Part shown: piece after piece, positions 49,013 through 60,074 of the stretch | Layout: each line of letters begins with the position of its first letter | How positions within the stretch are numbered: position 1 is the first letter of the stretch | Source: Blepharisma stoltei ATCC 30299 | Taxonomy: Eukaryota > Protista > Ciliophora | Length of the DNA stretch: 64,000 bases | Direction of reading: 5' to 3' | Assembly: GCA_965603825.1 (NCBI GenBank) | Contig: CBFDEM010000040.1 | Location: forward strand, 434,001 to 498,000 | The notes under the pieces: model-generated | Database searches by the model: none | What the model was told of the DNA's origin: nothing | Seen by the model: the letters and a program-made list of their open reading frames with translations, nothing else | Program-made: the position numbers and the translations under genes

Positions 49013-49444
49013 ATGGGTTCAGGAGAGCCGAAAGGTATTCTTGCAGGCCGCAAGCTGAAAGTCCGTCGTATCAAGCAAAGATGGGCCGATAAGAGCTATA
49101 AAAAATCTCACTTTAACTCAAAATATAAGAAGCCATTCGCAGGTACTTCTCACGCTAAAGGAATTGTGGTAGAGAAGCTTGGTATTGAATCCAAACAGCC
49201 AAACTCTGCCGTTAGAAAGTGCGTGAGAGTTCTCCTAAAGAAGAACGGAAAAAAGATCGCTGCTTTTGTTCCTAATGATGGTTGTCTTAACTTTATTGAT
49301 GAAAACGATGAAGTTCTCGTGGCAGGATTCGGTAGAAGTGGACATGCAGTCGGTGATATTCCTGGTGTAAGATTCAAGGTTGTCAAAGTCAAAGGAGTCT
49401 CTTTATTGGCTTTATACTTACACAAGAAGGAAAAGCCTCGGTAA
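49013..49444 (+). CDS. RPS23: 40S ribosomal protein S23 (uS12)
   Basis: [32 protein letters not shown]. True start is MGSG at 49013. Confidence 0.98.
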   Translation: MGSGEPKGILAGRKLKVRRIKQRWADKSYKKSHFNSKYKKPFAGTSHAKGIVVEKLGIESKQPNSAVRKCVRVLLKKNGKKIAAFVPNDGCLNFIDENDEVLVAGFGRSGHAVGDIPGVRFKVVKVKGVSLLALYLHKKEKPR

Positions 49445-49465
49445 CGCTAAAGATTTTATTTAGAA

Positions 49466-49747
49466 TTAATTAGCTTTCTTAAGTGATGCTGAAAGGAATA
49501 GATTTGAAATATCCATGTCGATCGATTTCAGCTGAGATTGTAATTCAGAGATTTTTGAAGAGTTTTGAGATTTTTTGGCCCATTCAAGATCATGCAGAAT
49601 TTCTCGACGAGATTTTTGTAAGGATGCAAAAGTTGATGTGAGGTCTTCGGAAAGAGTTTCGGGTTTCTTTAGTCTTGAGAAGATTAAATAGATGATCGGA
49701 ATAAGGATGAGAACTAAAGTTACCCAGAAAGTAAGAGAGTCAATCAT
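49466..49747 (-). CDS. Small single-pass membrane protein
   Basis: 93 aa, N-terminal TM helix and coiled coil. Confidence 0.6.
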   Translation of the reverse strand: MIDSLTFWVTLVLILIPIIYLIFSRLKKPETLSEDLTSTFASLQKSRREILHDLEWAKKSQNSSKISELQSQLKSIDMDISNLFLSASLKKAN

Positions 49748-49827
49748 TAAATTATTACTTAAGAAAATTTCTTCAATTTATAAAATTTAAACAAAAGTTT
49801 AGAAAAAAGTAATAGATTGATAACTAA

Positions 49828-49863
49828 TAGATTTGATTCTAAATTTAGATTCTATCAAATCTA
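49828..49863. repeat. Nested palindrome/hairpin in divergent intergenic region
   Basis: TAGATTTGAT + TCTAAATTTAGA + TTCT + ATCAAATCTA. Confidence 0.6.
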
Positions 49864-50023
49864 GGAACCAATTAAATGATTTCGATCATCAATCAACATA
49901 TATATTTAAAAATTACTATAGACCAATAAGAAAGTGCTTAGCTCTAAATTAGCAAGACACTCTCACCTTTAAATATAATAATTCAATGTCTTCATCTTAA
50001 ATGACTTTTAACACAAATTAAAA

Positions 50024-52960
50024 ATGGACGGCTTTAGTGATGATCTTTTCCAAGTTTTTCAGGATGGCATCAAACCTATAGTTCAACTTCCCAAAAAGCG
50101 AGTTCGTGTTGAATCTGAAAGTGATGAAGAAGTGGAAGATGAATATAAGGTAAAAAAAGAAGAATTCAATGGCTGCACTCACGAATGTGCATATCCCGTT
50201 GATTATCATCAAGTCGAAGTCCCTAATCAGCCACCAGCAAAAATTTATCCCTTTACGCTAGATTCATTCCAGCAATGCTCAATCAAATGCATTGAAAAAA
50301 ACGAAAGTGTTCTAGTAGCAGCCCACACATCAGCAGGAAAAACAGCCATAGCAGAATATGCTATAGCTTTAGCTCTTAAAAACCATCAAAGAGTGATATA
50401 TACTTCACCAATAAAAGCTTTAAGCAACCAGAAATACAGAGAATTTAACGATGAATTTAAAGATGTTGGGTTGATGACTGGAGATGTCACTATTAATGAA
50501 AGTGCAAGCTGCTTGGTGATGACCACAGAGATTCTGAGGTCTATGCTTTATAAAGGAAGTGAGGTTGTAAGAGAAATGGCTTGGGTAATTTTTGATGAAA
50601 TCCATTATATGAGAGATAAAGAAAGAGGAGTGGTGTGGGAAGAAACAATTATTATGTTACCTGAAGCCGTGAAATTGGTGTTTTTGTCTGCAACAATACC
50701 TAATGCAATAGAATTTGCAGAATGGATTTGCAAGCTGAAAAAGCAGCCTTGCCATGTGGTCTATACAGAATACAGACCTACACCTCTTCAGCATTATATT
50801 TTCCCTGCTGGTGGTGAAGGGCTATATTTAGTTGTAGATGAAACTGGAAAGTTTAATGACAAAAACTTCAAAAAAGCTATCGCAACTCTGACTGACACCC
50901 AAGAAAATTACAAAATTAATAAAAAAGTTGGGACAAGCGGAAGCTCAGAAGTGGTAAAAATTGTTCAAGTGATTATGGAGCGAGATATGCAGCCTGCAAT
51001 CGTCTTTAGTTTTAGCAAAAAGGACTGCGAAGCTCATGCTAAATCATTGAATAAGTTTGATTTTACATCAGAAGATGAAAAGAATCTAATCCAGCAGATT
51101 TTTGATAACGCAATTGATACTCTTGCAGAGGAAGATAAAGAGCTTTCCATGATAGGGAATATTTTACCTTTGCTCAAAAAAGGTATAGGGATTCACCACG
51201 GAGGGCTATTGCCTATAATAAAAGAAGTGACTGAAATTTTATTCCAAGAAGGATTAGTCAAGTGCTTATTTTCTACAGAAACTTTTAGCATGGGGCTCAA
51301 TATGCCTGCAAGAACTGTCGTGTTCACTAATGTCAGGAAATTTGATGGGGATAATTTTAGATGGATTTCTGGAGGAGAATACATACAAATGTCAGGAAGA
51401 GCTGGCCGTCGTGGAATTGATGATAAAGGTATCTGCATTTTAATGCTAGATCAAAAAATGGAGCCAGATATCGCAAAGGGCATGGTTAAAGGTCATATGG
51501 ATCCTTTAAATTCTTCATTTCATTTAAGCTACAACATGCTTTTAAACTTGATCCGCATAGAAGATTCTCAGCCTGAATATATGATAAGAAAATCATTCCA
51601 TCAATTTCAAAATGACAGAGCTTCTCCAACTATTCGGAAAAAGAGAAAAGAGCTTCAAGAGAAGTTAGAGTCAATTTATATAGAAAATGAGCATGAGTTA
51701 GATGAATACAGCAATATAGAAACAGCAAAACAGGCAATAAAACAAAAAATGAAAACCTATATGCAACAGCCAGAAAAATTGTTGAGATTTATAACTCCAG
51801 GAAGATTAGTTTATGTGGTTGATCCAAGTGGAATCCATTGGGGATGGGGAGTTGTCGTGAATTTTACTAAGAAAAAAGTTGATAAAAGGAAGCTAAAAGA
51901 CGTTAACGAAGATGTTCCAGTTAAAATTGTTGTTGACGTTGTGCTTTACGTAAACATGATGGATAAACCAATACCATTAAATGATGTAAATGCTGAAGGA
52001 GGCGAAGCACATGTAATTCCAATGTATCTAGAATGTATTGAAGATGCCAGTACAATAAGACTATATTTACCTTCAGACATTAAAAGCAAAGATGGGCTGA
52101 GAAATGTATTTGCATCAATAAGAGAAGTTTTCAGAAGATTCAATGGAGAAATCCCTATGTTAAATCCTGTTGAAGATATGGAAATAAATGACCCTGAATT
52201 TATTTCCTGCTTAGACAAAATAAAAGAATTAAATAGCTTGGAAAAAGGCTTAGCTGTCGTTAACTCACCACAATTTACAGAGCTAAAGTCTAAATATGAG
52301 GAGAAAAAAAAACTAAAGCAAGCAATTTCGCTACTAAATAAGCAGTTGAAAGCTAGCAAAACAATGATACTGAAAGATGATTGAAAGGCTATGAGAAGAG
52401 TCTTGAGAAGGCTAGGATTTATTAGTGAAAATCATGTGGAGCTAAAAGGAAGGGTTGCTTGTGAAATTTCTACAAGTGATGAATTATTGACAACAGAACT
52501 TATGCTTAGTGGTGTATTTAGAGATTTACCTGTTGATGTGATGGTTGCTTTGCTAAGCTGTTTAGTTCATGAAGAAAATTCACCAGAAACCAAAATTCCA
52601 GCAATTCCAGAACTTGCATCAGCTTATCAATTATTAACTTCAACAGCTAAACGGTTTGCTGATGTATTCGTTCAGAGTAAGCTGAATATCGATCAAGAAG
52701 CTTATGTAAACTCTTATAAACCTTCATTAATGGAAGCAGTCTATGCCTGGGCTCATGGGTCAAAGTTTTCTGAAATTTGCACTTTAACTGATACATATGA
52801 AGGGACCATTATAAGATGCATCAGAAGACTTCACGAGCTATTAAGACAACTAGAAGATGCTGCAAAATCAATACAAAGTCATGATCTCGCGCAAAAGTTT
52901 ACTGAAGGCACTCGGCTTATAACAAGAGGTATAGTCTTTGCAGCATCACTATATCTTTAA
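50024..52960 (+). CDS. MTR4: Nuclear exosome RNA helicase MTR4
   Basis: FDEIHYMRDKERGVVWEE, KOW/arch WGWGVVVNF, RRVLRRLG, RGIVFAASLYL. One TGA at 52382-52384. Confidence 0.95.
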
Positions 52961-53465
52961 CACAAAATAATTAATTTTCATAATCTTCAATTAATTGCTA
53001 ATTTATAGTTAATTGGCTTTATGATTAAATGAAGTGAATTGAGACAGCCCACATTTAGGGTTAAATTTTAGAGGCATGCTATTTACATATAAAATAGACG
53101 CTTCTTCATATATGATTTTGCATGCGATGGGGTGCCAAGTCATAGTCTATTGATCCGGAGCACATTATTCTTTATCTTTTGTTAATTTCAAAACTTTTCT
53201 TTTTTAAAAATATGAAAAAGCTTAATGTTTCTTTATAATAATAATTTCGTAAGATTCTCTTACAATAGTGCTAGCTCGAGCTAAAACAGTTTAATTTTAA
53301 ATAGCTTTAATATATAAATATTTCTGGAATCTGCAACTGCAAACTTTGTAGATTAATTTTTACAATCATAGTGCTACAATGCAAGGCATCACCTGTTTAA
53401 ATGCCATAATTTTATAATAGAAAGGGGGTATAAGATATTAAGCAAATTAAAATAATAATTTATTA

Positions 53466-55040
53466 TTAAAATCCTATTTGTTTAATTCTATCTTTTGAGT
53501 TCATTTGAAATCTGTAAAATGAGCTTTTACAACAAAAATATAGGACTTTGCCTTTTCTTACTTTGTATGATGATGGTATTAGATTTGGAAATCCTGAGAC
53601 TTTACAAAACATTCAATCTTTTCCTGAATAAGAACTGTAAAAATTTTCTTCAGAATCAAATGCCATCGTGCTGTATTTCAAGCAAATAATAATTCTTGGA
53701 ACTCCGATCTTAAACTTAACTGCTACGTCACTGTATCTTTCGCTTTCTAAATTAAAAGAGTAGATTCTATCGTGATTAATACCGGAAATGTAAAAATCAT
53801 TATTGAACAAAACAACTGAGCATCCATGAGAAGGGACTAGCATATCAGGCAATTTCTGCCAGCTGTTTGAGGAAATTGAATACTTTGCAGCAATATTTAA
53901 ATCTTGGCATTCATTTTTTCCTCCAAAAATAAAGACATGTCCATCAAAATAAGCACAGCTAGAATGAGTGCAAGGGGTATATGACTCAATAATTTTAATT
54001 TCAAAGTTTTTATCTATAATAAAAGCTAATCCTGAATATTGCTTATTTTCTATAACGTTTCCATAGCAAAAGATTCTATCATCAGGGATTTGACAGCATG
54101 ATATAGAATCACTTAAATTCTCAGGGAGATTTAAATTGATTTTTTCTTTGTCTAAAGTGATAAGATTTAGTATATTTATGGTTTTTGAATTATTTGTAAA
54201 TGAAACAATGCAGTTTGATTCCAATATGCTGTTGTTTGGGGTTCTTCTTTTTGAGATTTTTGCTTTCTTTTGAGGAGCACCAATGGTTTCGCATTCAGAG
54301 ATATTTTCCTGGGATTTTAATTTCATCTTAAGCGATTTATTCTCTACGTCTAGCTTTTTATTTTGGAATTTTAACTCATCATTAAAATTTTGTATGATTG
54401 TGAGCTGATTTGATAATAAGCTAATTTTGTTTTCAATCATTAAGAAAAGATCTTGATTATTGGGATTACTGTCATCTATAAAATGTCTTTTTAAAACTTC
54501 ATCACACTGCTCTAATATTTTTTTAAGGTGATTTTGCATTTGATTTTGATGATTTTCTAACTGGGCCTCAAAGAACTGCTTAGGCTCAAAGTTTATAGTT
54601 AAGTCTAAAATATTTCCTTTTAAGTCATCTAACTGATCAACCATTAATATTTCAATCTGATTCATGATATCGATTGGCGATGCTATTGGACCACTTTCAT
54701 GAATTTCATTATTATAGAAATGGGAATAATTCTTTTCAACTCTTTCGAATTTATTTAAAACAACTTTAAGCTTTTCAAATAAGAATTGATTATAAGATGA
54801 AAGCTTTGCAATTACTTCATTTCTTCTATACCTTATATCTTTGATTTTCATATTTAAGGATTTTCTCAATTCTTCAGATTTAAGATTTATTGGAATTAAT
54901 GATAGCTGATGTGATGAGCCTCCTAAGCAGTGAATTCTCATGTGATCATTGCAGATAAATGTCCTTGTACTTCCACAATTACATAAAAAATCAGGAAATT
55001 TTGTGCAGTCTTTTATAAAACATTGTATATTGTTTTCCAT
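53466..55040 (-). CDS. Kelch-like beta-propeller protein with N-terminal Cys/His zinc-binding motif and coiled coil
   Basis: C-x4-C..CNC..C-x2-H..H N-terminus, IFCYGN, VFIFGG..W blades. Extends past TGA 53613 to TAA 53466-53468. Confidence 0.8.
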
Positions 55041-55162
55041 TTTACTATTATTTATGGCTAACTAAAAAAATATGAATCAACTATAATTAATATAAATTCT
55101 TTAGAAATTATAAAATTTAATTATTAGCCAAATTATTGGATTAATATTTTATAAATTACGTT

Positions 55163-56719
55163 CTAAATAATCGAATAAATTTGCTGGATCTTTTTCTTGG
55201 AATTCATTTTAAACTTGAAGAATTGTTTTCCACAAGAAAAATACATCTCGTTTCCTTTCAAAACTTTATAGCTTGATGGCGCTATATTTGGAAGTCCTTC
55301 AACCTGTCCAACAGTTCATTCTTTACCTGTCACAGAGCTAAAAAAATTTCCAATCGAATCTACAATTATAATGCTATTTCTCAATGCTAAAATAATTTTT
55401 GATACTCCTGAAGTAAATTGCAGAAAATTATTTGAGTATAAATCTTTTGATGGATCATAAATGTATAATTTTTCTAGATTAAAGCCAGTGATATAGATAT
55501 TTTCTTTGTAAGGAGCACAAGAGCACCCATGAGATGGAAAAGGCAAAGGCTGACATTGAATTCATTCCCTATCAAACAATGAGAATTTTTCTGCTAAATC
55601 TAAATCACCATGCCTATTTTGTCCTCCAAATGCAAAAATAAAGTCTTTATAATAAGTTAAACTCGAATTTGTGCAAGGGATTCCAGAACTGCATATTTCT
55701 ATGTTTCAAGAGTTATCGATGATAAAGGTGATGCCTGAATAATTGTGCTGGGTATGATTTCCATAGCAAAAGATTTTATTATTAGAAATAGGGCAATATG
55801 ATATGTTACAAAATGCAGTTTCCGAAATATTTATGTCAATATTCTTATGAGTAAGATTGTCTAGATCTAAGAGTTGTATCGTTTTTGAGTTCATTTTGAA
55901 AGAAACAATATAATTCCTCTCAAAAATGCTTTGGTCAATACTAGATGATGTTTTTTGTCTTTTATAAGGTTTACTCTTTATTTTCAATTTGAATTGGTCT
56001 TGCAGGTGCTTAGCTTTTTGTGATAGACTTGATTTTTCTTTTCTTACTGTGTCCAGCATATCTTTTAGTTCTCTGTTGAATTTTTGTATGCTAGAGTAGC
56101 TATTTGCAAATCAATTAATTTTTGCCTTCAAATCAATAAAAATGTTCCCAGTCGATCTTAGTTCTTTAAAATCAACATAATTTTCTTGCATTTTTGCATC
56201 AAGAAACTGAATTACTCCTTCTATATTTTCTTCGCTTATTTCTTGATTTTCATTTTTACTGTAGTTTTCTTGCATCAAGCCAGCAATATGGCTATTAACG
56301 TCATTTATCCGATATTTTAATTCTTTTTCCACTTTATATAAGGTTCCTTTATCTCATATTTCATTACTATCGCCATTATTTTCTTGTATTAAGTTCATTT
56401 GATTATGCAATTCTTTATATGAGTTTTCTATCGCAAAAAGTCTTTCATTTATAAGTTTAAAATCAGCTTTTTGAATTTTTCAGTTCACTGATGGCATATT
56501 AGCTATATTTGATCTAACATTTTCTAATTCATATAGTCTATAGTTTAAAGAATTTATACAATTTCTATCTTCAAAATTAAGTGAGTCAGAAGTAAGGGCT
56601 ATGCATTCATCTGATATTTTTATATTTTTTCTTGGATCTTGGCTCAAATTTGGCTGAAAGGAATAATCATATTCAAATTGATTTTCGTTTTCAACTTTGA
56701 AGGATTGATATTTAGACAT
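55163..56719 (-). CDS. Kelch-like beta-propeller protein, tandem paralog of the previous gene
   Basis: Track fragments join through six TGA-Trp codons. Propeller aligns with the neighbour (IFCYGN, PCT, FGG, PSHGCS, PSSYKV). Confidence 0.8.
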
Positions 56720-56789
56720 TTTGATTAATAATTTGACCCCCCAACAAAATTATATAATATCGAAATTTTTTTATCTAATCATTATTTCT

Positions 56790-57848
56790 TTATAGTCTCG
56801 GTAATGGCAACTTCGGACCTTCCTCATTTTCAAAAAGCGGCATCATTGCATCATTTCCAACCTCTTCAAGCGAATTTGGAATCCAGTTAACTCTTCCTGA
56901 TTCTTTCTTTACTAGTTTATGTTTGACAGCTTCTTTGAAATTTTCGGCTCTAAAATGAGTCATTTGAACTGCTAAATTGTACTCCATCTTTAAGCAATCT
57001 CTGTAGTTTAAATGTTTTCCTCTATTAAAAGCTTCATGAGCTACTCTAAGTGATAATGGACACAGTTCTTGAATTTTAGATAAAGCTCTCAAGCTCCATT
57101 TAGAACCTAGTTCCCTGAGCCTATACATTATTGTTTCTATGCCTACATAAATATTAAAGCAATATCTCAATTCCTTTAAAACTGGAATTATTCTTGATTG
57201 CTTTAAATCTGGTTCAACATGGTACTTTTTCAAAACATCTATAAAACTTTCAGTGTCTTGCATTTCTTGTAAAACTTTTTGAATATCCTCTTCAATGTAA
57301 TATTGGGAAAACCCATATAAATAGCAGTCTGTTCCGTTTAATCTATCCCCAGTCAGCATTAAATAAAGTCCTAATTCAGGATAGTTCATCCTGCTTAAAT
57401 GGTAAGAAGCTCCAGCATCTGGAGAAAATCCAATTGAAGTTTCTGGCATAGCCCAAATTGTGTTTGGGGTAGAAACTCTAATATTGCATGACCAAGCCAA
57501 TCCTGATCCTCCGCCCATAGTAATCCCATCCATTAAGGCAATTCTCATGGTAGGCAAAAGGGAGACATAGTAAACAGCTGCGAGCTCTCCTATAAAAATT
57601 TCTTCAGAGCTTATTTTTCCCGATGATATGGAAATTATGTCTCCGCCTGCACTGAAAGCTCTACCTTGTCCATAAAATACAAAATTTTTATTTTCTTCTC
57701 GGGCCTGAGAAATAAGCCTATGCAGTAAATGAATCATTTCTAGATTCCAGGAATTTAAAGCATATGGACGGTTAATTTTGACAAAATATGTGTTTCCTTT
57801 AGCAACGCTTACAAGAGGTGACTCGATTCTGGATGAAGATTTTCGCAT
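56790..57848 (-). CDS. HIBCH: 3-hydroxyisobutyryl-CoA hydrolase-like (crotonase fold), PTS1-like PRL end
   Basis: GRAFSAGGDI, MDGITMGGG, AMPETSIGFSPDAG, CPLSLRV. Confidence 0.9.
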   Translation of the reverse strand: MRKSSSRIESPLVSVAKGNTYFVKINRPYALNSWNLEMIHLLHRLISQAREENKNFVFYGQGRAFSAGGDIISISSGKISSEEIFIGELAAVYYVSLLPTMRIALMDGITMGGGSGLAWSCNIRVSTPNTIWAMPETSIGFSPDAGASYHLSRMNYPELGLYLMLTGDRLNGTDCYLYGFSQYYIEEDIQKVLQEMQDTESFIDVLKKYHVEPDLKQSRIIPVLKELRYCFNIYVGIETIMYRLRELGSKWSLRALSKIQELCPLSLRVAHEAFNRGKHLNYRDCLKMEYNLAVQMTHFRAENFKEAVKHKLVKKESGRVNWIPNSLEEVGNDAMMPLFENEEGPKLPLPRL

Positions 57849-57879
57849 TTTTTTTTATATTCAAATATTTTGATCAAGC

Positions 57880-57902
57880 CATATCCGTTTCACACAAAAT
57901 GG
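57880..57902 (-). promoter_or_regulatory. 23-bp conserved upstream element, copy 1
   Basis: CATATCCGTTTCACACAAAATGG, exact reverse complement of 58549-58571. Confidence 0.65.
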
Positions 57903-58548
57903 GAGTTTAAATTATCTTATAATTAGGGTAAATTATTTAGTCGCCCTGGATTAGAAGGTCTAAAATAGTATATAGTTGATAATTTATAATAAATTGAAAA
58001 GAACAATCTTATTATAAGTGTTTTAATGATATTAAAAATTTGCTATACTCTTATTTCAAAAACAGCTTTATTAAAAATTTTGTTAGCTACTTATAGGCAA
58101 AAACTGGGTATTATTGGCTTTCTAAGTGAAATTTATAAATTGATTTGGTCTATTACTTAAAATTAAATAATAAGCTTAAATTTACTAAAAAAATAATAGT
58201 TCCTATTCTCATCATTTGAGTGAAAATTCGGAATAGTGAATAGAAGCACGTCTAAGAGTCTATCATAATGCTAGTCCTGCAGCTTCTAAGCCATTAACCT
58301 ACTCCTAAATATATATAGCTGCTATTTTAAATTTCCTTTTTAATAATATACATCTCTTGAAAAAATATAAAGGAATACAAGGGCAAATTGATTCGAAGCT
58401 GTTATTTGCCTCTCTTATAATATTTTTATATAAATCAGTTTAAATTTAGGCTATGGATTTATATTCAATAGTGCTTAAGCAAATTTATATTGTTTTAAGG
58501 TAAATTAATTTAAATTATCTAGTTAAATTCATTTAATAAAACTTACCT

Positions 58549-58571
58549 CCATTTTGTGTGAAACGGATATG
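58549..58571 (+). promoter_or_regulatory. 23-bp conserved upstream element, copy 2
   Basis: CCATTTTGTGTGAAACGGATATG. Confidence 0.65.
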
Positions 58572-58738
58572 TTTCATTCTCAAAATGGACTTAAGCACAA
58601 TTAATTCATTATCTGCAATTAGGAGTCATGTAAGTAATCATTTAAGACAAAATTGCTAGTTTTCAGCCTTAAATCCTAAAGAAAAAGTCATCTAAGTCCA
58701 AAAATTTACAAAAAAAAATCTATGATATAAACTTAAAA

Positions 58739-59794
58739 ATGGATTCTAAATCTAGCAATAGCGATGCTGCGGCTATCATGATTGAGCAAAACAACACCTT
58801 CTTTCTGAAGTTTAATCGACCAAACCAAATGAATGCTTGCAATCTCGAGCTATCGCATGCCATCCAAAGCACTGTTCTCAGAGCTCTTGCTGAAAAGAAA
58901 AACATAGTATTCTATGGGGAAGGCCGAGCATTCTGTGCAGGAGGGGATATTTTAGGAATATTGCAAGGGGAGATAACGCCACAAGAGATTTTTGGGGCTG
59001 AAGTCAAGACATTTTATATGCTATCCACAATTCAAACACATACTGTAGCCATGATGGATGGGATCACGATGGGAGCTGGAGCTGGTCTTGCTTGGGCCTG
59101 TTCAATCAGAGTTACAACTCCAAAAACAACGTGGGCTATGCCAGAATGCTCAATAGGTTTCTGTCCTGACGCCGGAGCCTCATATTTATTAAACAGAATC
59201 CGCTTTCCTGAGCTTGGTTTATACTTACAGTTAACAGGAGAAAGAATTAATGGTACTGATTGTTATCTCTTTGGGTTTTCACATTATTACATTGAAGCTG
59301 ATATGGAGACTGTCCGCAAAGAGATATTTGAAGGCGGAGACATTATAGCAGTATTAGAAAAATATCACACTCAGCCAAACACAAATAAATCAACTATTTT
59401 ACCGGTATTAAGAGAGTTGCGAGAGTGCTTTAATACCAGTTATAGTCTTGAATTCATCATGCATAAACTCAGAGAAAAAGGAACTGCGTGGAGCTTAAGG
59501 ATCTTGGAAAAACTTAACTCCCTGTGCCCATTGTCGCTTAGAGTAGCCCATGAAAGTTTCAGAAGAGGAAGACACATTTCATATGCCCAAAGCCTGATCA
59601 TGGAATATAACCTAGCTATACAAATGCTTGGGTACCGGCCAGAGAACTTTAAGGTAGCTGTGGAGCATAAAATGGTCAACAAGGGCAAGGGAAGAGCAAA
59701 TTGGGTTCCATCCTCACTTGCTGAAATTGGAGAGTCTACTATTATTCCTTATTTTGCGAATGAAGAAGGAAGACTAGAAGTACCAAAACTTTAG
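58739..59794 (+). CDS. HIBCH: 3-hydroxyisobutyryl-CoA hydrolase-like paralog, PTS1-like PKL end
   Basis: GRAFCAGGDI, MDGITMGAG, AMPECSIGFCPDAG. Colinear with the divergent paralog. Confidence 0.9.
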   Translation: MDSKSSNSDAAAIMIEQNNTFFLKFNRPNQMNACNLELSHAIQSTVLRALAEKKNIVFYGEGRAFCAGGDILGILQGEITPQEIFGAEVKTFYMLSTIQTHTVAMMDGITMGAGAGLAWACSIRVTTPKTTWAMPECSIGFCPDAGASYLLNRIRFPELGLYLQLTGERINGTDCYLFGFSHYYIEADMETVRKEIFEGGDIIAVLEKYHTQPNTNKSTILPVLRELRECFNTSYSLEFIMHKLREKGTAWSLRILEKLNSLCPLSLRVAHESFRRGRHISYAQSLIMEYNLAIQMLGYRPENFKVAVEHKMVNKGKGRANWVPSSLAEIGESTIIPYFANEEGRLEVPKL

Positions 59795-60074
59795 AATTCA
59801 TACATTAATAAGTACTTTATTTAAATTTTGTGCTAAAAACCGCGATATCATGTTTTCGTCACGATTAAGCCGTTATTCCTTAAACATAAATAAATCTAGA
59901 AAAAAAATCATCCTGATTGTTAAGCACTTTTCCCTGATTGTTTCTTGTTAACAAATAGGAGCAATTCTCAAAGATAACTAAATAAATTTTTTAACCGGTA
60001 TGAATTAAAAACGGAAACATAAAATTTAATATCTAAAAGGGCTATCCGTTAAAAATTCACACAAATTAATAAAT

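Noticed and set aside
25985-52960. SKI2 and MTR4 as an exosome-helicase cluster
   Set aside because: They are 21 kb apart with many unrelated genes between, and they are ancient paralogs. Probably coincidence.
52961-53465. Possible ncRNA in the spacer after MTR4 (also 12480-12870 and 33300-33760)
   Set aside because: No convincing C/D, H/ACA, Sm-site or tRNA structure could be established by eye.
57880-58571. MITE or transposon bounded by the 23-bp inverted repeats
   Set aside because: No target-site duplication is evident, and the core recurs singly at other promoters. Inverted gene duplication with motif conservation is simpler, though a MITE is not fully excluded.
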